NCBI GenBank assembly: GCA_018650165.1
Contig: JABIGM010000017.1
Coordinates: 1-55,660, forward strand
Direction of reading: 5' to 3'
Origin: Methanobacteriota archaeon
GTDB taxonomy: Archaea; Thermoplasmatota; Poseidoniia; Poseidoniales; Poseidoniaceae
DNA length: 55,660 bases
The notes beneath the pieces were generated by a model. That model made no database searches, had not been told where the DNA came from, and saw nothing but the letters and a program-made list of their open reading frames with translations. Positions 30,407-39,553 of this stretch are shown here, piece after piece (within the stretch, counting starts at the first letter, position 1; each line of letters opens with the position of its first letter). The position numbers and the translations under genes were made by a program.

Positions 30407-31375
30407 ATGTCACGCCATAACGATTGGGAAAACGAGATGTCACCCAACTCAAAGCAGCATCGTAATAATCACAAGCGGCGCAAAATCAATGCTGACCAAG
30501 CGCATTCAAATTCGGAATCATCTGAATTTATCAAAAGCCTAGAATCCTCCAAAGGTACAGGCTGGATGGCTGAGAAAAGATACAACAAGATGTTCAAGGA
30601 AATTGAAGATGGGCTTTCGGGTGTAATGGGAGACGGTCCATTCGACTGGGTAGATCGACGTGTATTCGACGCAGTTTTTGACCGCCTGACTCTTATGAGC
30701 CTGTACAAATTAATGAAACTAGGAACCCTTGATACTCTTGATTTTCCAATAGCTAGGGGAAAGGAAGCACATGTATTCCATGGGACTGGAGAGAATGGTC
30801 CGGTAGCAGTTAAGATATTTCATACCTCAAATGCAGTTTTTAAAAATCTAATACAGTACATTGAAGGCGACCCACGATTCGGTGGATTAAAGCGTCGTCA
30901 TCGTGATTTAGTTGACATCTGGGTACGCAAAGAGTTCCGCAACCTGTCCCGCCTCGAAAAATGGGGATTGGGTGTTCCAAAACCAATCGCTGTTCACAAG
31001 AATGTCTTGGTGATGGAATATCTGGGGACATCTAATGCCCCATCACCTCGTCTGCGCGATGTTCACATTGAGGATACAGAAGCAGTGTATGATGAGTTAT
31101 TGGAATTTCTTGCGGTTACTTGGCAGAAAGCCAAAATGGTCCATGGCGATTTTTCACCATACAATATTTTGTGGCATATCGATAGACCTGTTGTTATCGA
31201 TGTCGGTCAAGCAGTTGTGCAATCCCACCCTAAGAGTCAAGAATTTCTTGTTCGGGATGTTACCCGTTTAGTGGAATGGGCTAACAAAGGCGGTCTTGAT
31301 ATTGACTTAGCGGAAGCAATGTATGATGTGCTCAACATGGACTTGTCACAGATTAATATGCAAGAAGAAGAGTAA
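30407..31375 (+). CDS. rio1: Rio1 atypical serine kinase
   Basis: GKEAHVF, VAVKIF, KEFRNL, VHGDFSPYNIL, IDVGQAV motifs; conserved aIF1A-rio1-KH context. Confidence 0.93.
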   Translation: MSRHNDWENEMSPNSKQHRNNHKRRKINADQAHSNSESSEFIKSLESSKGTGWMAEKRYNKMFKEIEDGLSGVMGDGPFDWVDRRVFDAVFDRLTLMSLYKLMKLGTLDTLDFPIARGKEAHVFHGTGENGPVAVKIFHTSNAVFKNLIQYIEGDPRFGGLKRRHRDLVDIWVRKEFRNLSRLEKWGLGVPKPIAVHKNVLVMEYLGTSNAPSPRLRDVHIEDTEAVYDELLEFLAVTWQKAKMVHGDFSPYNILWHIDRPVVIDVGQAVVQSHPKSQEFLVRDVTRLVEWANKGGLDIDLAEAMYDVLNMDLSQINMQEEE

Positions 31376-31423
31376 TCTGGCGTTACATATGGATTGAAGA
31401 AGGGCTGGCTTCCCGCTTTGGCC

Positions 31424-32167
31424 ATGCGCCAACCCCTGCCGCGAGTTCCGAAGGACCGTATTGCGGTCTTGATAGGTGCTAATGGTACCACAAGGCGGGA
31501 GCTTGAGAAAGCAGCAGGTTGTAAGCAAATCCAAATCGATTCTGGTACTGGAGATATTGAAGTTACATGGCCAGAAGCAGGGGGATATGACCCTGTGAAA
31601 GCCCTAAAATTACCAGATGTAATCAAGGCAGTTGGACGCGGAATGGCGCCTAGTAGGGCGATTCAATTACTCCAAGACGAGTGGTTTTTCGAAATGGTAG
31701 ATTTGCGAGACCATGTTGGTAAGAGGTCAAACCAGCAGCGTAGAATCCGTGCTAGAATTATTGGATCTGAAGGTAAAATTCGCAAGATGATCGAGCAGCA
31801 TACCAGTACCGAAATTTCAATTTACAAATCCACAGTTGTTCTTGTTGGCGAAGGCTCGGGTCTGATTAGTGCACGCCAAGCGATAGAGATGTTAGCCAGC
31901 GGTAGTGAGCATGGTACTGTAATCAAATATTTAGAAAAAGAGCGTAGAAAATCACGACTTGAATCACGTTCAATTGATTATATTGAGACTAAAGAATCGA
32001 CTCCGGAATCTGAAGAATTTGCTGATTTAGTTCCTGGGCTGGCTGAAGTTACTCAAAGGCGTAACCGTCGTTTGAAGGCTGCTCAAGTAGACCCCGAAAA
32101 CGCAGATGCAGTATTCGAGATGATGGAATTAGCAGAGGATGAAGAAATCAACTGGGAGGAGGAGTGA
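31424..32167 (+). CDS. dim2: Dim2/Pno1-like KH-domain pre-rRNA processing protein
   Basis: RIAVLIGANG, AVGRGM, RARIIGSEGK, GSEHGTV motifs; gene context. Confidence 0.9.
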   Translation: MRQPLPRVPKDRIAVLIGANGTTRRELEKAAGCKQIQIDSGTGDIEVTWPEAGGYDPVKALKLPDVIKAVGRGMAPSRAIQLLQDEWFFEMVDLRDHVGKRSNQQRRIRARIIGSEGKIRKMIEQHTSTEISIYKSTVVLVGEGSGLISARQAIEMLASGSEHGTVIKYLEKERRKSRLESRSIDYIETKESTPESEEFADLVPGLAEVTQRRNRRLKAAQVDPENADAVFEMMELAEDEEINWEEE

Positions 32168-33962
32168 CTCTCCTTCTCTGATACCAAGCGATAACAAATC
32201 CAACAGCCAATATGGAAATTATTCCTGGTGTAAATGAAGATACGACGCCGACTCCACTAACACTTGCTCCAGTCACCATAAGATGGTGATTATTGTTTGA
32301 CTCATCCCTTTCATCAACAATATTTGATGGGTCGATAACCAATCGTAAATCCCATTGCCCAGTATTTGGAACTACGTAATCCCAAACCATTTCCTCACAA
32401 TGGCATTCATCTGATAGGTTTCCATTTTCAATAACAATTGTTTGCATTGTAATCCAGTCAATATCTGCGCTACGGTCTGCAGGGGCTGCTTGTAGGTAAA
32501 CTGTAACAGCACCACCATATGCTTGATTTGCTTCTAATCTACTGGTGATTACAATATCACCATTCATTTCACCAGGTCTAACAATCAATCTATCAACATT
32601 AGTTTCAGTGGCATTCCACGATAAGTCTAATCCCGGTAGAATCTGGAATGCACTAGGAATAGAAGTTAATTGATTACCAGCATCATCTGTAACAATGGCT
32701 CGTAGCATCAAGTATTGTCTCGATTTAGTTGCCCAAGAGGATAGGCCAACGGTGCCATCTAGTCCAGTGACTCCAAGGTCAATCCATCGGCCCGATTGGT
32801 CAGGAGTTGCTCCAACACCATTCAAGTCAAATCCATATTGGATCTTCGAATTATCTAAATCTAGACCTGCGCCAAGATCTTGGGCAGCAAATGAAATATT
32901 TACTGAACCAACAAGGCTTGTCGTTAACTCATCAACAGTCCAACCAAGTCCCTCGGGCTCTGTAACATCCACTTTGATATCCACATCGAGCGTGTTACCA
33001 ACATTTCCAACAACGTCAATAGCACGTATTGAAATTACATGCTCGCCTTCTTCGAAATTAAGAGTTGTACTGGATGTTGTGACATCACTCCAAACTCCAT
33101 CTTGCAAAATTTGCACGTAATCAATTCCAGACCCTGAGCCATCATCTGCGGCAGTATCCAATCCTGAAATTGTCACAGCAGTACTATCGCTCCAATCGCC
33201 ACCAGCGCCGATAGTTGGCGTTGACATTGTAGGGGAGGTTCTATCAATTCCAATAAACATCGTTTGGCTAGAAGATAGTCCTGAACCATCCCATACAGTT
33301 AGGCGAGGATTGTATGTTCCTTCTGCGATTGCTCCAGTACTCCAGTCCCATCCATAGGCGATAGTGCCAGGGCCATCATCACTAGGCGAACCTGGGCCAG
33401 GTACATTTGCCAAAATAGCATGAGTCAAATCATCATCATTAGCAGTCCAAGTAAATCCAAGAGTTCCATTGGCAGGTAAGTAATACCATGCTCTATCAAT
33501 AGCTGAGGTTCCACTGCCGACACCCGAATTGGAAAGTTCGAATGATGTGATTACAGGAACTTGGTTTACAATATTGAAATTACCGCTAGTGAACCATAGT
33601 GTGTGGTTTGATACATCAGAATCCCATGCACGAGCCCTGAAAGTCCAACTTCCGTTTGCATACGCTGTTGTATCTACATGGGTCAACCAAGGAGTTGTGG
33701 TTAAGTTTGCCACTGATGACCAATTACTGCCATCTGATGAGATATCAACTTCAAGGCTAGATATTGTCCCACTACCGCCTGAAGCGAAACTCAAAGTGAA
33801 CAATCCCTTGACATTTTGGTCTTGCGTAGGCCCATTTGCGAAGGCAAGAGTAAGTTCACTATCGGCGGATTTCACCAATTTTGAATCCAGAAGTAGCACC
33901 TCGCCACTCTGTCCAATAGTCATGATGACTACGACCAGAATTGCAGAGATGAATCGCCTCAT
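32148..33962 (-). CDS. exported Ig-like/CARDB surface protein with C-terminal TM plus basic anchor
   Basis: Signal peptide MRRFISAILVVVIM; beta-rich Ig-like repeats; CARDB-like IDPSNIVDERDESNN; terminal TM plus RRR. Confidence 0.8.
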   Translation of the reverse strand: MRRFISAILVVVIMTIGQSGEVLLLDSKLVKSADSELTLAFANGPTQDQNVKGLFTLSFASGGSGTISSLEVDISSDGSNWSSVANLTTTPWLTHVDTTAYANGSWTFRARAWDSDVSNHTLWFTSGNFNIVNQVPVITSFELSNSGVGSGTSAIDRAWYYLPANGTLGFTWTANDDDLTHAILANVPGPGSPSDDGPGTIAYGWDWSTGAIAEGTYNPRLTVWDGSGLSSSQTMFIGIDRTSPTMSTPTIGAGGDWSDSTAVTISGLDTAADDGSGSGIDYVQILQDGVWSDVTTSSTTLNFEEGEHVISIRAIDVVGNVGNTLDVDIKVDVTEPEGLGWTVDELTTSLVGSVNISFAAQDLGAGLDLDNSKIQYGFDLNGVGATPDQSGRWIDLGVTGLDGTVGLSSWATKSRQYLMLRAIVTDDAGNQLTSIPSAFQILPGLDLSWNATETNVDRLIVRPGEMNGDIVITSRLEANQAYGGAVTVYLQAAPADRSADIDWITMQTIVIENGNLSDECHCEEMVWDYVVPNTGQWDLRLVIDPSNIVDERDESNNNHHLMVTGASVSGVGVVSSFTPGIISILAVGFVIAWYQRRRVTPPPS

Positions 33963-34103
33963 CAAACCCGTGACACCACCCCTCGCCCTTGAATGCTCGC
34001 ATTGCAACACCCCCCTTCGGGGTGTGTTGGCTATTGTTAATACACAGCGGTAGCCGTTCTCACAGTCGGTTGTTTCAAGTGCTACCCCTTGCCTCTTGTG
34101 TAC

Positions 34104-36872
34104 ATGGCAAGGCCATTTTTGACCACTCTCATCCTGACAATGATGGTTCTTGCAGTAATGCCATTGTCTACTATGGCGGAAGATAGCGGTGGGGTACAAG
34201 CATCAGCATCTACCGTTTCAATTTCACCTTCAGAGCCAGTTGAAGGTGGCTCGATCACAATCCGCCTTACATTGTATAACTCCAATAATTTTGCTGCAAA
34301 CGATGTACTGTACAAGTTTTATTGGGATGGAGTTGAATCAAATAAACTCATAGTTGCCGACACGGTTGATATTCCAGCCGAAGAAACAGTTGATGTTGAA
34401 AAGGTAAAATCTGGACTTACAGTTGGCGAGCATAAGGTATGGATCACCTATGAATATGCAGGTAGCGGCGAAGAAATGTTTTACTCTGAAATCGTAGTTG
34501 GTGGACTTGCAGACTTAGAAGCTACAACTATTACTACCAGTCCAGAATCTCTTAATTCAGGAGATTCGGTTTTAGTATCTACTGAGGTGAGTAATACAGG
34601 CTCAGAAAACGCCTCAGCAAGCCGGTTACAATTAGACCTAGATACACAGAGTGAAATTGTCAATGTCGATGCAATTCCAGCCGGTGAAAGCATTTGGGTT
34701 AACCACTATATGGTCGCTCCCTCTTCAGGCAGTCACGATGTTTCTGTTACATTAGATTTAGACGACGCTGTGGTTGAAGCAGATGAAAATAATGTATTCA
34801 CTTCCTCGCTCTCAGTTACCGCAAGAATGGATATTTATCATGTTGGAGATATTTTGATTGAAGCCGATTCTGGGGCTTTACAAGGCCCGTGGATTGTAAC
34901 AGGTTCATTGGAAAGAAGTGGTGGCAGCGGAGTAACAGAAGTGCCAATGAAACTCGTCATCAAGGATGAGTCCGGACAAGATTTACCATTACCTACATTC
35001 ACTGTAAATATTAGCGGAGGATCACTAACCCAGCAGGCTTGGACATTTACTATAACTTACGATTATGTTTCGGTACTAGCACCGGGTAACCACCAAGTGT
35101 CTGCAGTAATCGATCCTTACCAAACTGCGAGTTTTATTCAAGAATCAACCGACAATGACCAAGCAATAGCCTACTTTGATAAATTTGCAGTTCCCGATGT
35201 GTCTGTAGACCCATATGCATCTCCTTCACGAACTTCAGTTATTAGTGGAAGCAATGTTGACTGGACAGTGACCATAATCAATTCAGGACAAATAGAAGTG
35301 AAAGGCCGTTTAATCTATACTTGGGAAGGGCAAACTGTTAGCGATATAAGTCAACCAACAATTACAATTCAGGCTGGGGATACACATATTTGGAACGAAC
35401 CACTTCCTACAGAGAGTGGTGCTCACCAAGCGGAATTTTCTGCCCAGTGGGTGCCGTTGTCAAGTTCCTACGACTCTAATCCATTGAACTCCATAGCAAA
35501 CGGAAGCATCGAAGTCACTGCCCAGTTAAGATTGGTCTGGTCAAAGGCTTCAATGTCACTAGTTGATTCAGAAGGTGAAGCAGCAATATTCCCATTAGAT
35601 GGTGGGGAAGAATATACAGTTTCAATAAATCTTGCCGCACAAGAAACAGGTGCTGTAAATTATTCATGTGAAAATGCGATGGGACAAGTATTCGAAGAAA
35701 TAGAACTAATCATTACAGAGAGCGGCGAATTCTTGACAGTTAACTGCACATTTACTGCTACTGCACCATTCACAAACATCAATCTCATTCCAAGTGATAA
35801 CAAAGTAAGTTCGACACAAACATGGAATTGGGATTCGAAAGAATCCAGTTCGAATGTTGCCGATGAAGCAGGTAATATGCCATTACAAACTGCAGGGATG
35901 ATCGCTCTGATTTGTTTAGCTTTAGTTGCAATATTAATCGCTGCTGTAATTCTGACTAGAGAAACGGAGGAAGACGTTGACAGAGATATCTTCGATTACT
36001 GTCCAGCATGTGATGGAGAACTCGACGGAGATGAAGACCGCTGTCCTTCTTGTTCTTTCAATCTCAAGAAAGCCAGAAAACAATTCCACGATTGCGAAAC
36101 ATGTAGCGAACCGGTTCCGGATTTGTTGTCAAATTGTCCATATTGTGGAACTCCTCAGGATGTTTCCAAGTACTTTGAACAGCGTGAACAAAGAATCGTT
36201 GAGAAAAAGACAATCGCGCTTATCGATGAAGAAGAAATCAATCCTGAAGATATTCATGCAACCGGTTACGAAGGCTTCGATGAAGCAATCAAAGAATTTG
36301 GTTATGATGCCGAAGACTTGGAAGGTAATTGGGATGCGAATATTGCTAAAGCAGAGGCGGATGTTGAGGCTGCATATGATCGTAAGATGGCTGCTGAAGA
36401 AGAATCCAACCTTGATGATGAAGAGGCACTTGCAACTGTTACTACCAGTCTGAAAAGTATGGAAGAAACATTCGAAGGACATGACATCGATGCAATCTTA
36501 GCGGATAAGGACATCAAATCTCATGCAGATGATGGTGGCGAATTAAGTGCTAGTGATGCAGAAATCCGTGAGAGACTATTCGAAATTACCGGCGAAGAGG
36601 GTGTAATGCCTGGTGACGAAGTTAACATTGGCATGGGGATTCAAGATCGTTCACTTGCTGGAAATGTCTTACCTGAAGACGCGATGGATTTCTCATTAGA
36701 TGAAGAAGATGATGAAATCAATCCAGTCGCAGCAGCAACTGCCGAGACAAAACGTCGAAGAGGAGTACGCCGTAGATCTAAGCAAGCCAAGACTGCTGAA
36801 TGTGGCGCCTGTGGAGCAGACCTCTCTGAAGACGCAAATGAATGTTCAACATGCGGTGCTAAGTTTGAGTAA
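34104..36872 (+). CDS. single-pass protein: CARDB/Ig ectodomain, cytoplasmic double zinc ribbon, acidic region, terminal zinc ribbon
   Basis: Signal peptide; LDDAVVEADENN and IQESTDND CARDB motifs; TM near residue 610; six CxxC pairs. Confidence 0.85.
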   Translation: MARPFLTTLILTMMVLAVMPLSTMAEDSGGVQASASTVSISPSEPVEGGSITIRLTLYNSNNFAANDVLYKFYWDGVESNKLIVADTVDIPAEETVDVEKVKSGLTVGEHKVWITYEYAGSGEEMFYSEIVVGGLADLEATTITTSPESLNSGDSVLVSTEVSNTGSENASASRLQLDLDTQSEIVNVDAIPAGESIWVNHYMVAPSSGSHDVSVTLDLDDAVVEADENNVFTSSLSVTARMDIYHVGDILIEADSGALQGPWIVTGSLERSGGSGVTEVPMKLVIKDESGQDLPLPTFTVNISGGSLTQQAWTFTITYDYVSVLAPGNHQVSAVIDPYQTASFIQESTDNDQAIAYFDKFAVPDVSVDPYASPSRTSVISGSNVDWTVTIINSGQIEVKGRLIYTWEGQTVSDISQPTITIQAGDTHIWNEPLPTESGAHQAEFSAQWVPLSSSYDSNPLNSIANGSIEVTAQLRLVWSKASMSLVDSEGEAAIFPLDGGEEYTVSINLAAQETGAVNYSCENAMGQVFEEIELIITESGEFLTVNCTFTATAPFTNINLIPSDNKVSSTQTWNWDSKESSSNVADEAGNMPLQTAGMIALICLALVAILIAAVILTRETEEDVDRDIFDYCPACDGELDGDEDRCPSCSFNLKKARKQFHDCETCSEPVPDLLSNCPYCGTPQDVSKYFEQREQRIVEKKTIALIDEEEINPEDIHATGYEGFDEAIKEFGYDAEDLEGNWDANIAKAEADVEAAYDRKMAAEEESNLDDEEALATVTTSLKSMEETFEGHDIDAILADKDIKSHADDGGELSASDAEIRERLFEITGEEGVMPGDEVNIGMGIQDRSLAGNVLPEDAMDFSLDEEDDEINPVAAATAETKRRRGVRRRSKQAKTAECGACGADLSEDANECSTCGAKFE

Positions 36873-36875
36873 TGA

Positions 36876-36943
36876 TGCCTGTCAGTACTCATAGGGTTCG
36901 TCATTGCAAAAGCTCGGCTGACCCTCTTGACTTCATTCAGGCA
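36876..36943 (-). ncRNA. box C/D guide sRNA (predicted targets 23S C1920 and tRNA-Met C34)
   Basis: Minus strand reads TGCCTG-A-ATGAAGT(C)-CAAGAGGGTCAG-CCGA(D')-GCTTTTGCA-ATGACGA(C')-ACCCTATGAGTA-CTGA(D)-CAGGCA: two 12-nt guides and a 6-bp terminal stem, fully intergenic. Confidence 0.9.
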
Positions 36944-37017
36944 AACCAGTCGAAACATTGGATGCCCTTCAAACCATCGAGGGGTGTGTTTGATAGATTG
37001 GAGCATAGTGGAGGGGA

Positions 37018-37584
37018 ATGATGAGACCTCGCCATGCCATGTCAGCCGTCATCATGTTGTCCATTTTAATGGCATCAAGCATGGGCTGTATCGGCTTGGT
37101 CCCAGCGCGTGAATTCATGGAGGATTTACGCGACCCTCCTATTCTGGTTGAGGTAGTCGAAAAAATAAACGTTGAACACGTATTTGTCACCGACATCACC
37201 AATGTTCAAGCTACAACCTCTTATTCGAGTGTCCAAACCTTTACAGTTGATTCTGATGTTACAGAAATCAGTGCTTATATCACTGCAGCAATGCCATTAG
37301 AATTAATTTTGCCAGGAATACCAACAGAAGTTAGATATGTGAAAGCAACCTTAACAGATGCAAATGGTGATCAAGTTTGGATTGAAGAAATCACTGAAAC
37401 AGAAAGAAAGATGGTTGCAACATTTCAACAACCTCTCGCTGAAGGAATTTGGACACTTAGTGTCGAAGCTAGGGGCTATGGTGAAGAGATAGCGAACCTG
37501 TACAAAGATTCATTCCAAGTACTGGTCAAAATCGATAGGGAGTGCTGGCAGTACCCCAATGAAATCGGTTGTTCTTACAATTGA
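37018..37584 (+). CDS. putative lipoprotein
   Basis: Basic N-terminus, hydrophobic core, archaeal lipobox-like SMGC; SD GGAGGGG. Confidence 0.75.
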   Translation: MMRPRHAMSAVIMLSILMASSMGCIGLVPAREFMEDLRDPPILVEVVEKINVEHVFVTDITNVQATTSYSSVQTFTVDSDVTEISAYITAAMPLELILPGIPTEVRYVKATLTDANGDQVWIEEITETERKMVATFQQPLAEGIWTLSVEARGYGEEIANLYKDSFQVLVKIDRECWQYPNEIGCSYN

Positions 37585-38763
37585 TTAGGCCAGGCTTGAA
37601 TCACAGGCATACTTCCGTGAGCAATTCTCACATTTGCCCTTTCTATTGTGATTCCTTTCAGCTCCACCCTCAGACATTAACCTTTGAATTTCTTTAACTG
37701 CTGAAAATAAAACATGTTTATTGCTGTCATCCCATTCGATTGTATGGAGATTTTCAGTTCCATATCGCAGAACACCATATGGTGGTTTACGATTGGTTGT
37801 TGATTCCACTAAATGTAGGTAGGCTAGAAGTTGCATCTTGTGGGATTTGTGTGGCCTATCTGGGATTTTACCAGTTTTCTGTTCGACTGGAATGAATTCG
37901 CCTTCCACGATTACAATCTGGTCAGGCCTACCACGTAATCCCGTAGATGTATCCACAAGAACCCCAGCAGTTGTTTCGTCATCAGAATAAACAACATCTA
38001 CATCTTCCTTAATTCCCGCATCAATTCTTGCAACTTCAAGTGCGTTATCCACTAATAGGGCACGTTGTAACTGCCATGACGCTAGTAGAGTCCATATCAT
38101 TGCAACAGCCACTAATATGAAACCGGCTTGTTGTTTATTTTCTGCCCAAATTAATCCGATTGCATGTAATCCAAATATTGTAGCGCCAATCAAGAACCCG
38201 GCTTCTACTTTACCACCTTGCCCCCATCCCCCAATGAATCCATAGGGCTCAATTGTATGTGGTAAATTGATATCGTCTAGGCCACTTACTCCATTCATAC
38301 CTTCCGAATCTTCAATCGGGTAATTCAACCATTTTCTCCACGGAAGGTAAATTGCGAGTAAACCTATTGCCAACCAAATAAGTGCAAGTATCGTGAGATA
38401 TTGTGAGATATCAACTGGTGATATATCATCAGAAATATTACTGAAAATAATAGAATCTGATATGAAAATAATCACTATGGCAAACCACCAAGACCAGATC
38501 ACTAATGCACGTTTCAATTCATTTTGTTTTTGTTTGAATTCTCTCACTTTACTGTGCATCTGAGCATGTTTTTCTCGGCCGATATTAATTGCTTTACCGC
38601 GCCCAGAGATACCTTCTCTGGCTAGCGACCAAGACAGTGGACAATAGGCGTGTCTCTCAAGATCACTAGCAGATACATGGAGTGCCTTTCCATCACTATC
38701 CCTCCAAAAACCATCATCGCCTTCCTCTGCGATATCAGATATTTTGGTAGAACCTTTGGCCAT
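37585..38763 (-). CDS. solo Cas4-like PD-(D/E)xK nuclease with four inserted TM helices
   Basis: SASDLERHAYCP, GREKH, GRPD, EQK, HKMQLLAY and C-terminal CENCSRKYAC (Fe-S staple Cys); four hydrophobic segments at about residues 86-232. Confidence 0.85.
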   Translation of the reverse strand: MAKGSTKISDIAEEGDDGFWRDSDGKALHVSASDLERHAYCPLSWSLAREGISGRGKAINIGREKHAQMHSKVREFKQKQNELKRALVIWSWWFAIVIIFISDSIIFSNISDDISPVDISQYLTILALIWLAIGLLAIYLPWRKWLNYPIEDSEGMNGVSGLDDINLPHTIEPYGFIGGWGQGGKVEAGFLIGATIFGLHAIGLIWAENKQQAGFILVAVAMIWTLLASWQLQRALLVDNALEVARIDAGIKEDVDVVYSDDETTAGVLVDTSTGLRGRPDQIVIVEGEFIPVEQKTGKIPDRPHKSHKMQLLAYLHLVESTTNRKPPYGVLRYGTENLHTIEWDDSNKHVLFSAVKEIQRLMSEGGAERNHNRKGKCENCSRKYACDSSLA

Positions 38764-38924
38764 GTTTTATCCCGCCCAGTATGGCCCGTGTCTTCAATTT
38801 GCCATCAAGGTTATGCCTACACGCTTGACATGATTTTCGTAGTACTGCGCTTTGAAATCGATTTTACTTACTACGAAGCGGTTATTTAGGGGTGGATGGT
38901 GGCCCGAATGCTGGAGTTAATGCT

Positions 38925-39524
38925 ATGACTGAACTTCTCATCGACCGTGAGACCTACGAGACCCATGCTGTGAATATTGGAACTCAACAAAAGAGTGCAG
39001 ATATGGCACAATTTATTTCTGAAGTTCGTTCCGATGGATTGTATCTTTTGAATATCGAAATCACAGATAGTCGCATCCGCTCTATCGCTCAATTCCTATG
39101 CCGCTACAATGCTGCAAACATCATGGTAGTAAGTGCACGCCAATACGGACAGCGCCCAGCACGCAAGTTCGCAGAAGCAATCGGTGCCCGTGCGAGTGTT
39201 GGAAGATTTATTCCAGGCAGCCTAACCAATCCTGCTCTTCGTTCATATGTTGAGCCTGATATGTTATTCGTAACAGATCCTGCTGCAGACCAGCAAGCAC
39301 TTCGCGAGGCAGTCAATTCAGGCCTACCAATCGTGGGAATCTGTGATGCAAACAACAACCTTCGAAATGTTGACCTTGCACTTCCTGCTAACAACAAGGG
39401 CCGAAAGTCTCTTTCACTACTTTACTGGATTCTAGCACGTGAAGTATTGAAATCACGTGGAGAAACCACAGATGAGGCATGGGCAGAAGCTCAAGACCTT
39501 GAAGACTGGGAATCTACATTCTGA
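38925..39524 (+). CDS. rps2: 30S ribosomal protein S2
   Basis: VNIGTQQK, DGLYLLNI, GRFIPGSLTNP, LPANNKG motifs; SD GGAG. Confidence 0.97.
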   Translation: MTELLIDRETYETHAVNIGTQQKSADMAQFISEVRSDGLYLLNIEITDSRIRSIAQFLCRYNAANIMVVSARQYGQRPARKFAEAIGARASVGRFIPGSLTNPALRSYVEPDMLFVTDPAADQQALREAVNSGLPIVGICDANNNLRNVDLALPANNKGRKSLSLLYWILAREVLKSRGETTDEAWAEAQDLEDWESTF

Positions 39525-39553
39525 GTAAAATGAACCCCCTGGGGTGATGAAGT

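Noticed and set aside
33963-34199. N-terminal extensions making the two divergent CARDB genes overlap
   Set aside because: Signal peptides begin at 33962 (-) and 34104 (+); the upstream frames are intergenic
36872-36943. Plus-strand C/D sRNA or simple terminator hairpin
   Set aside because: The plus-strand AUGAUGC-to-CUGA spacing (about 40 nt) is non-canonical; the minus-strand reading fits all four boxes and both guides
37585-38763. CRISPR-Cas locus implied by the Cas4-like gene
   Set aside because: No cas1/cas2 and no repeat-spacer array seen in the window; treated as a solo Cas4-like gene
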